Below, one piece after another: positions 45,114 through 53,709 of a stretch of 64,000 nt of DNA. Within the stretch, counting starts at the first letter, position 1. Each line of letters starts with the position of its first letter. The translations under genes and the position numbers were made by a program. The stretch is taken from positions 220,040 through 284,039 of the forward strand of contig CAVVZD010000003.1 in NCBI GenBank assembly GCA_963752765.1. The letters run 5' to 3'. The DNA is from Vulcanimicrobiota bacterium (GTDB taxonomy: Bacteria; Vulcanimicrobiota; Vulcanimicrobiia; Vulcanimicrobiales; Vulcanimicrobiaceae). Under the pieces are notes generated by a model. That model was given only the letters and a program-made list of their open reading frames with translations. It did no database searches and was not told the DNA's origin.

Positions 45114-45485
45114 CTACGGTCCGAATACTCGGCCGTTGGCGAGAACGACGCGCCGAACCGCACAGCGATTCGGTGTCGGTCCAGACCAAGCATAGCCGAC
45201 GAGATCGTTGGTAAGGTTGTGATTGATCGTCGCTCCCTGGGAGAACGTCCCGCGGTCGACGAGCGCGTAATGGTGGCTGCGGTATCCGATGGTAAAATCT
45301 ACCTCGGTTGCGGGAGATGCGTGCGTGTTTACGTACACGACGTTAACGCCATTGGTCGCACCGTTACCGCCTTGATTGACCACACAACTTTCGATCGTGA
45401 TTCCAAACTTCGAAACGATGCTGGCCTGCGCGGTACTCGTGAGCACAACCAAAGCAGCAAGGAAGACGAGAGGCGACCGTTTCAT
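45114..45485 (-). CDS. small secreted hypothetical protein
   Basis: Signal peptide MKRSPLVFLAALVVLTSTAQA, then a beta-rich mature part. 14 nt downstream of mnmE. Confidence 0.55.
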   Translation of the reverse strand: MKRSPLVFLAALVVLTSTAQASIVSKFGITIESCVVNQGGNGATNGVNVVYVNTHASPATEVDFTIGYRSHHYALVDRGTFSQGATINHNLTNDLVGYAWSGPTPNRCAVRRVVLANGRVFGP

Positions 45486-45499
45486 GGCAGATCCTTTCG

Positions 45500-46861
45500 T
45501 TACTTACCAATGCAGAAGCGGGAAAAAACTCCGTCGAGGACTTCTTCGGCGGCAGTCTGCTCGCTTACATGCCCAAGCGCGGAAAAAGCTCGGACGACTT
45601 CGCCAGCGCACAGGTCGATCGGCTCGCTTGCTGCCAGGGTCGCGAGCGCATGCTCGAGTGCATCGATCGCTTCGTTGACGGCGGCGAACTCCCAAAGCGA
45701 CGCGATGTGGGGTCGTTCTAAATCGGGAATCTCGCTCTCCCAGCCGACGCGCGCGATAGCGCTGCGCAGCGCCTCAAGACTCGCCGGGTTGCGCGTGCTT
45801 CCGACGATCGTTTCCCGTGGCTCGCCGGCGTTCTCCAAGGCGAACTGCCGCGCTCCGGGATCGCCAAGATCGGCTTTGTTGAAGAAGACCACGCGCCGAT
45901 GCTCCTGAGTCTGCCCGAGAATCGCTGTCGCTTCAGCGCCTAGCGGCTGCGAGCCGTCGATCACGACGAGGGCGATGCGGGCCGTAGCCAGCGCGTGCTG
46001 CGTACGCTCGATGCCGGCGGCTTCGAGGCGGTCTGCATGAGCACGAATGCCGGCCGTATCGACCAATCGCACCCCGACGCCGCCGATAAGGACCAGCTCC
46101 TCAATTGTGTCGCGCGTCGTGCCCGGAAGCTCTGAAACGATCGCCCGTTCTTCGCCGAGCAGCGCATTGAGTAGCGACGACTTTCCGGCATTTGGAGGGC
46201 CGACAATCGCGACGTTCACGCCTTCGCGCAGCAATCGCCCGCGCTCACCGTCGCGCCGCAAAACCTTGAGCTTATCGAGAACCTCATCGAGGGTCCGGCT
46301 AAACTCGCCCCGTTCGGGATCGGGCACTTCCTCCGGAAAGTCGATCGCCCCCGACAACTCCTCAAGCCGCGCGGTCAGCGCTGCGCGCAGAGCCCGAACC
46401 TCCTCGGCTAGGCCGCTACCGAGATTGGCAAGGGCGGCGCGCGCCGCCGAGCGCGTCTCGGCATCGATGACGTCGGCAACTGCAGATGCAGCGTGCAGAT
46501 CCATTTTGCCGTTGAGAAAGGCGCGTCGCGTGAACTCACCCGGCGTCGCGTAGCGCGCGCCGCAGGCGAGCACGGCTCGCACCGCTTCGCGGGCGACGAT
46601 GGGTGAACCATGGAGATGGAGTTCGAGAAGATCTTCACCGGTATAGCTCGCCGGAGCCGAAAAAAAAATCGCTAGACCACGGTCGAGCATCTCGCCGCGC
46701 TCGTCCGCGATCGTTGCGGCCGTTGCAACGCGAGGCTCCAGCGCACCAGGCGTGCGCACGAGACGCGCCGCGATCGTGGTCGCGCCGGGGCCGCTGACCC
46801 GCACGATCGCAATCGCGCCTTTCCCGGCCGGCGTTGCAATTGCGACAATCGTATCGTTCAC
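45500..46861 (-). CDS. mnmE: tRNA modification GTPase MnmE (TrmE)
   Basis: TIVAIATPAGKGAIAIVRVSG N-terminus, G-domain motifs GPPNAGKSSLLNAL and DTAGIR, and the C-terminal FCIGK. Confidence 0.95.
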   Translation of the reverse strand: MNDTIVAIATPAGKGAIAIVRVSGPGATTIAARLVRTPGALEPRVATAATIADERGEMLDRGLAIFFSAPASYTGEDLLELHLHGSPIVAREAVRAVLACGARYATPGEFTRRAFLNGKMDLHAASAVADVIDAETRSAARAALANLGSGLAEEVRALRAALTARLEELSGAIDFPEEVPDPERGEFSRTLDEVLDKLKVLRRDGERGRLLREGVNVAIVGPPNAGKSSLLNALLGEERAIVSELPGTTRDTIEELVLIGGVGVRLVDTAGIRAHADRLEAAGIERTQHALATARIALVVIDGSQPLGAEATAILGQTQEHRRVVFFNKADLGDPGARQFALENAGEPRETIVGSTRNPASLEALRSAIARVGWESEIPDLERPHIASLWEFAAVNEAIDALEHALATLAASEPIDLCAGEVVRAFSALGHVSEQTAAEEVLDGVFSRFCIGK

Positions 46862-46883
46862 GGGTCTCCCGCTGAGCTTGCGC

Positions 46884-47522
46884 TCAGCGGGGAAAAATCA
46901 CAACGCGGCGTTCGGGTTCTTCACCCTCGGACTCTGTGCGCACCAGTTCGGATTCAGCCAAGGCAAGGTGAACGATTTTGCGTTCGGACGGAAGCATCGG
47001 CTCGAGCTTTTGCGGCGCGCGCTCGCGCACGCAACGCTCCAAGATCGAAAGTGCAAGCGCCTTGAGCGCATCGGCGCGGCGCGCGCGATAACCTTCTGCG
47101 TCAATGGTGAAATAATGGCGGTTATTGCGCACGCCCGCATTAAGAATGTTGTTGAAGATGAGGTTGAGCGCCTCGAGCGTGTTCCCGTGTCGACCGATGA
47201 TGCTGCCGAGATCGGGGCCGCTTACCTCGAGATATTCGCCTTCGGTTCGCGGAATATAGGCGATGTCGACCTGACGGCCAATGCCCATGCGCTCCAAAAT
47301 TTCGCGTAGCAAGTCGACTGCCGGTTGCGCTTCCTCGGGGACTTCGTGCCGTGTTCCTGAAGGAGCTCCGCGCCCGGGCCCTCTCGCAGGCCGGCGGGTT
47401 TGCGTTGCGTCGCGCCGACGGCCGCCCCCGTCTCGTCCGCCGTTCGTCTTACCGGGGATCGCGCGATCGCGAATGTTTGCGGGTTGTTCTTCGAACTCAA
47501 AGTCGTCTTCGTAGAGCATCAA
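46884..47522 (-). CDS. jag: Jag/KhpB-like RNA-binding protein (KH + R3H)
   Basis: KH-like IIGRHGNTLEAL and R3H-like PSERKIVHLAL. Canonical position after yidC. The N-terminal part is low-complexity and basic. Confidence 0.85.
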   Translation of the reverse strand: MMLYEDDFEFEEQPANIRDRAIPGKTNGGRDGGGRRRDATQTRRPARGPGRGAPSGTRHEVPEEAQPAVDLLREILERMGIGRQVDIAYIPRTEGEYLEVSGPDLGSIIGRHGNTLEALNLIFNNILNAGVRNNRHYFTIDAEGYRARRADALKALALSILERCVRERAPQKLEPMLPSERKIVHLALAESELVRTESEGEEPERRVVIFPR

Positions 47523-48391
47523 GCGCCTTTCTTATTTTTCTTCTTTGATCGCCGCGAGCGCCCGCTTTTAGCGCCGTTATTGCTTGGCGCAGTCACCGAC
47601 GCGCCGCTCGCGGAGCGAGACGGCGTTGCCGAAAGGTCGTCCGTTATGACGTGTTCGCTGTCGATAAGGGCCAGCGGCTGATGGTAGCGTCGCAGCAAGT
47701 AAAACTGCTGTGCCATCGTGAAAATATTGTAGGCAAACCAGTAGAGCACCATGGCCGACGGCCACTGATAACGCCAACTCAAGAACCCAAGCATCAACGG
47801 TGAAACGACGGCCATCATTCGCTGCGTTTGCGCTTGCTGCGGATCCGTTGCCGGCATGCTGACGTAGCGAACGCTCAAATACATTGAGAATGCGTAGAGC
47901 ACGACAAGCAATAAGTCCGAATGAGCCAGACTCTGTGCGAAGATCGGTTTCCCAAAAAGAACGATTTTCGCCGCTGCCGCAGCGAACGAGCCGCCCACCC
48001 ACAGCCAGGATTGCTGCTCGAAACTCGGCCGGTGATTAAGCACGACGTAGTAGACGCTAATAATGATCGGGTACTGTACGAGCATCGGCCAGCATCCCGC
48101 GAGCGGATTGACCTTATACTGGCGATAGAGCGCCATCGTTTCTTGTTGGAGTTTTTGTTGATCGTCCTTGTAGCGCGCCTGGAGCTTCTTGATCTCCGGT
48201 GCGACCTTTTGCATGTTCAAAAGGCCCTTGAACTGCAATGTGTTGAGCGGCCAGAACACCAGTCGGATCACCGCCGCCAAAACGACGAGGCTCCAGCCGT
48301 AATTTTTGATTGGGACGTCGATTGCAGTGAGCATCGCCCACAGGAAGTTGACGAACGGATCGAGCCACGACGTGGCAATGAGGGCGTGCAC
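47519..48391 (-). CDS. yidC: membrane protein insertase YidC (short form, no large periplasmic domain)
   Basis: NYGWSLVVLAAVIRLVFWPL...KVNPLAGCWPMLVQYPI. The start is set at GTG 48391, 1 nt after the yidD stop. Basic C-terminal tail. Confidence 0.9.
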   Translation of the reverse strand: MHALIATSWLDPFVNFLWAMLTAIDVPIKNYGWSLVVLAAVIRLVFWPLNTLQFKGLLNMQKVAPEIKKLQARYKDDQQKLQQETMALYRQYKVNPLAGCWPMLVQYPIIISVYYVVLNHRPSFEQQSWLWVGGSFAAAAAKIVLFGKPIFAQSLAHSDLLLVVLYAFSMYLSVRYVSMPATDPQQAQTQRMMAVVSPLMLGFLSWRYQWPSAMVLYWFAYNIFTMAQQFYLLRRYHQPLALIDSEHVITDDLSATPSRSASGASVTAPSNNGAKSGRSRRSKKKNKKGA

Positions 48392-48392
48392 G

Positions 48393-48638
48393 TTAACGCT
48401 CCCGGTGGTGCAGCGAGCGCGTCGCAGCTGGTACGAACTCGACCCCGCCGCGATGCCACGGATTGCAGCGCGCAAAGCGCCGCAGCGCAAGCCACGTTCC
48501 GGAAAGCGCGCCGTGCTCCAGGATGGCGTTGCGCGCGTATGCCGAGCACGACGGATAGAAGCGGCAGGCGGGGGGGAGCAGCGGAGAAAGCAATAGCTGG
48601 TAGCCGCGAATCAGCCCGGCAAGAATGACGCGCATCAC
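48393..48638 (-). CDS. yidD: membrane protein insertion efficiency factor YidD
   Basis: LIRGYQLLLSPLLPPACRFYPSCSAYA...RCNPWHRGG signature. Confidence 0.9.
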   Translation of the reverse strand: MMRVILAGLIRGYQLLLSPLLPPACRFYPSCSAYARNAILEHGALSGTWLALRRFARCNPWHRGGVEFVPAATRSLHHRER

Positions 48639-48961
48639 CGCTCCAGCGCCGAGAGGAGATCCGAGCGAAGCGCTGCAAACGTCGCGCCCGCGGCGACTGG
48701 GCGCGCTACGATGAGCAAGCGCATTGGGCTGCGTTTGGCGAGCGCGTCGTTGACGATGGCTTTCAAGCGTCGCCGTAGCTGGTTGCGCTGCACGGCTTTT
48801 CCAATCGCCTTGCTGACGGCGATCCCCACGAGCGACGTCGACGCCGCCGGCACATCGCCGTCGTAATAGAGCGTCAGAGCGGGCGTCGAGATGCGGCGGC
48901 CGCGCCGGCGCAGACCGATGAAGTCCGCTTGCCGGCGAAGGCTGGTAAAGCGGCGCATCAC
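48635..48961 (-). CDS. rnpA: ribonuclease P protein component
   Basis: 108-aa basic protein ([17 protein letters not shown]) between rpmH and yidD. Confidence 0.9.
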   Translation of the reverse strand: MMRRFTSLRRQADFIGLRRRGRRISTPALTLYYDGDVPAASTSLVGIAVSKAIGKAVQRNQLRRRLKAIVNDALAKRSPMRLLIVARPVAAGATFAALRSDLLSALER

Positions 48962-49092
48962 ACCGAGAGGCGATGGCGCCCCTTCTTGCGTCGGCGCGCG
49001 AGCACGCGGCGACCGTTCTTCGTCGACATGCGCTCGAGAAATCCGTGCACGCGCTTGCGTCGGCGGTTGTGCGGTTGGTACGTCCGCTTCAT
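48958..49092 (-). CDS. rpmH: 50S ribosomal protein L34
   Basis: [44 protein letters not shown] (44 aa) at the C-terminal end of the 137-aa ORF-track entry. ATG at 49092. Confidence 0.95.
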   Translation of the reverse strand: MKRTYQPHNRRRKRVHGFLERMSTKNGRRVLARRRKKGRHRLSV

Positions 49093-49249
49093 CGAACCAG
49101 GTTTCCTTATAAGGCGGGTGCGCCTACCTTCTGGGGCCGGCGCAGTAAAAGAGCCGCATAGGGCGGCAACAGCCCCTAAATATAACCATTGAGGTTCGGG
49201 GGCGTCAAGGACGGCCGGGGTCCTCAGGGGCAGGGCGAATGCTGCCCCG

Positions 49250-50644
49250 GTGCGTTCTGGTCGACGTGCGACGCTCGCCGTCGCGTTTTTTGCGGCTCTG
49301 CTGACGGCCTGCGTCGGCGTTGGCGTAACGGCGACGACCCAAACGCAAACCTGGCTGGTGGTGAGCGACATTCATCTCGATCCCTACAACGATTCGCCCG
49401 ATCCAAGCTGGCCCGGAAAAGACACCAACCTCTCACTTTTTCGGTCCGCGCTTGCAGAGATGAAAAAAGAGGTTCCGGATCCTTCGGTGGTCCTGCTCCC
49501 AGGCGATTTCTTGATGCATAACTTTCCCGCGGTGGTCCGGCGCCGGGATCCCAACACTGCGCCCACGACCGCGGCTCTGCGAATCATGAACCTGCTCGCG
49601 ACCACGTTTGGTAAAAGCTACCCGCACGCGCGTTTTGCGATTGCGCTGGGGAATAACGACGCACCATGCGGTGACTACCGCAGCGACGAAGGCGATGCAT
49701 ATCTCGCCGCGGTTGGGCGCGCGTGGGCGCCGCTGATCGATCGCGGCACGACTGCGCCCGACTTCGAGCGTTCGTTCGCGCGCGGCGGGTATTACACGGT
49801 CACGTTGCCGGTGCGCGGATTGCGCCTCGTCGTGCTCAACACGGTTCTCTTCTCGGGCGAATATCGAGGTAGCTGTACGTCTTCGCCCGCCGGCGGCCCC
49901 AAAGCCGAGCTTCGCTGGATGGATGCGACGCTGCGCGCGACGCCAAGCGGTGTACGTAACGTCGTGATGATGCATGTTCCGCCCGGCTACGATCCGGTCT
50001 CTACCGAAATGACGAGAGGCTTTGTTCCATGGTCGTTCTTAAAGGGCAACGACAACGCGGCGCTTATCGCCGCGCTGGAAGCAGCGAACGATCGAGTGGC
50101 TTACGCAGTTGCAGGACACCTGCATCGCTTCGATTTTCGCGTGCTCGGCACGGTGCCGTTGATCGTCTTTGGATCGATCTCGCCGGTCTATCGCGGAAGC
50201 CCGTCGTTTTATGGCGTCCACGTCGCCGCCGATGGATCGCTGCGCGACATTGACGTGTACGCCTACGACGAATGGGGCTCGCAGTGGAACGCACGCCGTA
50301 GCTTTGACCGAACCTGGGGAGTCGATCGCATCGACGTTGGGTCGTTGCAAGCGATCCACGATCGGCTCGGCAGCGACGCGGCGGCGCGGCGCACGTGGGA
50401 CATTGCGTCGAACGGATGGCCGTCGAATCCAGCGCTGATGTGGCCGATTTGGAACGCGCGGTGGCGGGTGCCGTGGTGCGCTCAGACGGTGACGGAGTCG
50501 GGCTTCTCGCAATGCGCAGGCATCGAGCGGCGAGTGGTCGCCGGTCGGATCCTGCTCGTTGGTGCGGCCGGTGCGGCCCTTGCGCTCTGCGCGATCGTGA
50601 TCTGGCTGCTGCGCCGCGCCATGCGACACGCTAGCGTTCGCTGA
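49250..50644 (+). CDS. calcineurin-like metallophosphoesterase (acid-sphingomyelinase-like phosphodiesterase type) with lipobox and C-terminal TM
   Basis: Motifs SDIHLD, LPGDF, GNND, MMHVPPG, AGHLH. N-terminal [10 protein letters not shown]-terminal [21 protein letters not shown]. Confidence 0.8.
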   Translation: MRSGRRATLAVAFFAALLTACVGVGVTATTQTQTWLVVSDIHLDPYNDSPDPSWPGKDTNLSLFRSALAEMKKEVPDPSVVLLPGDFLMHNFPAVVRRRDPNTAPTTAALRIMNLLATTFGKSYPHARFAIALGNNDAPCGDYRSDEGDAYLAAVGRAWAPLIDRGTTAPDFERSFARGGYYTVTLPVRGLRLVVLNTVLFSGEYRGSCTSSPAGGPKAELRWMDATLRATPSGVRNVVMMHVPPGYDPVSTEMTRGFVPWSFLKGNDNAALIAALEAANDRVAYAVAGHLHRFDFRVLGTVPLIVFGSISPVYRGSPSFYGVHVAADGSLRDIDVYAYDEWGSQWNARRSFDRTWGVDRIDVGSLQAIHDRLGSDAAARRTWDIASNGWPSNPALMWPIWNARWRVPWCAQTVTESGFSQCAGIERRVVAGRILLVGAAGAALALCAIVIWLLRRAMRHASVR

Positions 50645-51626
50645 CGGCCGGTTCCAGGAACGCCAAGGTCTTCGCGTCGGCATCGAGCACCGCGCGCACC
50701 CCGATCGGTAGCACCCACTGTGCGGGAATGTGCCCGACGGGCGCTCCCGAGAGCGCGGGCTGACCGGCTGCGCGTAGTCGTTCTTCAATGACGGCGAAGG
50801 CCGAGGGAGTGGGCTGGTCGCCTTCGCATTTCGTACATTGACCGACGAGAAAGCCGCGCGCATTGCTCAAATCACCGGCCAGGCTCAGCTGGGTAAGCAT
50901 GCGGTCGATGCGATACGGAGACTCCTCCGTTTCTTCAAAAAACAACAGCGCATTACGGGCCGGCACCGCGTACGGCGTTCCAACGAGCGATGCAATCAAC
51001 GACAAATTACCGCCTGCGAGCCGGCCCTCGGCGCGTCCGCCCGCAATGCGCGTACCGTTTTCAATCTGCAACGCGCCCGACGGCCGAACGCGCATCAGCA
51101 TCGTCTCGACGTACCGTCGCGCCGCGCCGCTCCAGGACGATCCATGCGCGCCCAGCGGTCCGTGGAAGGTAACGATACCGCTGCGCACTGCAACGGCGTT
51201 GAGAATCGCGGTCAGGTCCGAATATCCCATGACGATCTTTGGATTGCGCGCGAGTGCAGCGTAGTCGAGCGACGGTAGAATGCGCATCGTTCCATATCCG
51301 CCGCGAATCGCGATGATAGCGCGTATGTCCGAATCAGTCGCCATGCGATTGAAATCTGCAGCTCGCTCCTCGTCGCTGCCGGCCAGATAACCCGTCGCTG
51401 CACGAACGAAGCGTCCCAACACCGGCTCTAAGCCGATTGCCCTGACGTGTTCGATCGCAAGCGCGATGTCGCCATCTTCCGGCGGCGAAGCGGGGGCAAT
51501 CAAGCCGACGCGATCGCCGGCCACCAGCCGCGGCGGTCGTTGCAGCGCTGGCGGAAATGCCGCAATTGACGCATTCGTCGCCACGGCAGCGCCGGCCAAA
51601 CTCGCGAGAAAATAACCACGGTTCAT
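50631..51626 (-). CDS. ldcA: LD-carboxypeptidase (peptidase S66) with N-terminal signal-like segment
   Basis: IVMGYSDLTAILNAV (Ser nucleophile motif) and GDRVGLIAPAS. The start is set at ATG 51626 (MNRGYFLASLAGAAVA); ATG 51638 is an alternative. The upstream 110 codons of the ORF track are P/R-rich. Confidence 0.85.
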   Translation of the reverse strand: MNRGYFLASLAGAAVATNASIAAFPPALQRPPRLVAGDRVGLIAPASPPEDGDIALAIEHVRAIGLEPVLGRFVRAATGYLAGSDEERAADFNRMATDSDIRAIIAIRGGYGTMRILPSLDYAALARNPKIVMGYSDLTAILNAVAVRSGIVTFHGPLGAHGSSWSGAARRYVETMLMRVRPSGALQIENGTRIAGGRAEGRLAGGNLSLIASLVGTPYAVPARNALLFFEETEESPYRIDRMLTQLSLAGDLSNARGFLVGQCTKCEGDQPTPSAFAVIEERLRAAGQPALSGAPVGHIPAQWVLPIGVRAVLDADAKTLAFLEPAVSER

Positions 51627-51735
51627 CGGCGGCCACATGTTAGGCGGATGTCGGCGTTGCCCTGGCCCCGCTTTGAGGAGATGCTTCGGCGGCGCTGGAG
51701 GGTCCATTGGTGGACCGCCGTAACTTGGTGAAGTT

Positions 51736-53004
51736 TTGAGTGCTACAGGTGCTCCGCGGGAAACACGCAAACGCGTCGTCGTCACCGGCCTGGGAGCTGT
51801 CACGCCGACGGGAAATACCCGCGAAGAGTTCTGGCGTCGCACCGTTGCCGGAGAGTCGGGGATCGGGCCGATTACAGCGTTCGATGCGACCGACTTTACC
51901 ACCCGAATCGCCGGCGAAGTCAAGGACTTCAAACCCGAGGAGTTGATCGGGCGCAAGGAGGCCAGACGCCTCGACCGTTTCTCTCAGTTCGCGATCGTTG
52001 CCGCGAGAGAGGCAATTGAGGATGCCAGGCTCCCCGACGATCCGGAGTTCAAGCAGCAAACGGGGGCCGTCGTCGGCACCGGAATTGGCGGCATCATCAC
52101 GTTTTGGCTCAACTCCGAAAAAGCCAATGAAAACGGCACGTGGTCGAAGGTGACGCCGTTCTTCATTCCTATGCTGATGTGTAATGCGGCGCCGGCGCAT
52201 ATTTCGATGTCGTACGGATTTCAAGGGCCGGTTTTTGCCGCGGGAAGTGCGTGCGCCAGTGCAAACGATGCAATTTGCACGGCATATAACTACATTGCAT
52301 ACGGTCAGGCGATTGCGATGATTACCGGCGGCAGCGAAGCAACGGTTTCGCCGCTGGCGATCGGCGGCTTCTGTTCGATGAAGGCCATGTCGACGAGAAA
52401 CGACGATCCCGCCCATGCGAGCCGGCCGTTCGATAAGCTACGCGACGGGTTCGTGCTGGGCGAAGGGGCCGGCATCCTCGTGCTCGAGGAGTACGAACGT
52501 GCCAAGGCCCGGGGGGCGCGCGTGTACTGCGAGATTCTCGGCTACGGACAGTCGGCCGATGCCTATGACTTGGTCGCTCCCGATCCGGACGGCAACGGCG
52601 TCCGGCTCGCTTTCGAACGCGCCTTCGCCAGCGCTGGGATCTCGCCGGCCGACGTCGATTACATCAACGCCCACGGCACGTCGACGCCGATCGGCGATCC
52701 GGCCGAGTCGCGCGCGATCGAGAAGGCATTCGGCGACCGCGCCTATCGCATCGGCGTGAGCTCGACGAAGTCGATGCACGGGCACGCGCTCGGAGCGGCC
52801 GGAGGCATAGAGGGCGTCGCAACCGCGATGGCGGTGTACCACGACCTCATGCCGCCAACCATCAACTACGAATATCCGGATCCGGAATGCACGCTTGACT
52901 ACGTTCCGAACATTGCGCGGCGCGCACCGATTCGCGTGGCCTTCTCGAATTCATTCGGTTTCGGAGGACACAACAGCGTCATCGTCTTTGCAAAGGTGCG
53001 CTAA
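51736..53004 (+). CDS. fabF: beta-ketoacyl-ACP synthase II
   Basis: Active-site Cys in AGSACASAND and His motifs INAHGTSTP and KSMHGHALGAAG. Ends GFGGHNSVIVFAK. Confidence 0.93.
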   Translation: MSATGAPRETRKRVVVTGLGAVTPTGNTREEFWRRTVAGESGIGPITAFDATDFTTRIAGEVKDFKPEELIGRKEARRLDRFSQFAIVAAREAIEDARLPDDPEFKQQTGAVVGTGIGGIITFWLNSEKANENGTWSKVTPFFIPMLMCNAAPAHISMSYGFQGPVFAAGSACASANDAICTAYNYIAYGQAIAMITGGSEATVSPLAIGGFCSMKAMSTRNDDPAHASRPFDKLRDGFVLGEGAGILVLEEYERAKARGARVYCEILGYGQSADAYDLVAPDPDGNGVRLAFERAFASAGISPADVDYINAHGTSTPIGDPAESRAIEKAFGDRAYRIGVSSTKSMHGHALGAAGGIEGVATAMAVYHDLMPPTINYEYPDPECTLDYVPNIARRAPIRVAFSNSFGFGGHNSVIVFAKVR

Positions 53005-53040
53005 CTGGCCGGCGAGCAGTACCGCCGGCGTTTACGCGCT

Positions 53041-53709
53041 TTGCTTCGCCTTGCGAGCGTGCGCGCCGCGCGCGACCTCTCCCTCGTAGAGCAGGCGTTT
53101 GTCCACGAAAGCTTTGCTCGAGAGCGCGGCGGAGCGTCCAATGAGCGCATGGAGTTTTTCGGTGACTCCGTTCTGGGCTTCATCACCACGCACTGGCTGT
53201 TCGAGCAGTACGCAGGCGAGCCGGAAGGTATGCTGACGTTGCGCAAAGCCACCATCGTCAGCGATGCTGCACTGGCCTCGAGCGCACGGCAGCTCGGATT
53301 TTCCGAGCTGATACGACTGGGGACGGGGATGCGAGCCGCGGGCGGTGCGCAGAACGCCTCGGTCCTCGCTGACGCGTTCGAAGCGTTCGTGGCCGCGCTC
53401 TGCGTCGGCTACGGCCTGGAAAAAGCGCGTCGCTTCGTCATCACCGAGCACATCGAACGGCTCGATCACGAATCGGCGGCATTGCTCGATGCCAAAACGC
53501 GGTTGCAGCACTACACACAAGCGCATTTTGCCGCCACGCCCGTCTATCGCGACACGAGCCGAGGGACGCCGCAGCGTCCCGCCTTCGCCTCGCGCGTCAC
53601 CATAAAAGGTAAAACGTTGGGAACGGGAACCGGCTCATCGAAGAAGGCAGCGCAACAGGCTGCCGCTCAAGCCGCCCTCACGAAATTACAGGCCTCGCAA
53701 CGCACGTGA
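53041..53709 (+). CDS. rnc: ribonuclease III
   Basis: Signature NERMEFFGDSVLG and a C-terminal dsRBD (GSSKKAAQQAAAQAAL). Confidence 0.9.
   Translation: MLRLASVRAARDLSLVEQAFVHESFARERGGASNERMEFFGDSVLGFITTHWLFEQYAGEPEGMLTLRKATIVSDAALASSARQLGFSELIRLGTGMRAAGGAQNASVLADAFEAFVAALCVGYGLEKARRFVITEHIERLDHESAALLDAKTRLQHYTQAHFAATPVYRDTSRGTPQRPAFASRVTIKGKTLGTGTGSSKKAAQQAAAQAALTKLQASQRT

Noticed and set aside
44862-45908. 348-aa plus-strand ORF spanning the hdeD-like gene, the secreted ORF and the mnmE 3' end
   Set aside because: This is a shadow ORF. It crosses three well-supported minus-strand genes and their intergenic gaps, and its composition is junk-like.
49093-49249. Possible oriC in the rpmH-upstream gap, the classical location and a strand-switch point
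   Set aside because: I saw no TCCACA/TGTGGA-type DnaA boxes and no AT-rich tract in these 157 nt. Only GC skew on the full replicon could revive this idea.
51627-51956. 110-codon N-terminal extension of the ldcA ORF, and similar extensions of dnaA (15692-15742), thiE (38146-38319), maf, yidC and purH
   Set aside because: The extensions are P/R-rich and overlap neighbouring genes or their promoters. Internal starts give N-termini matching the family.
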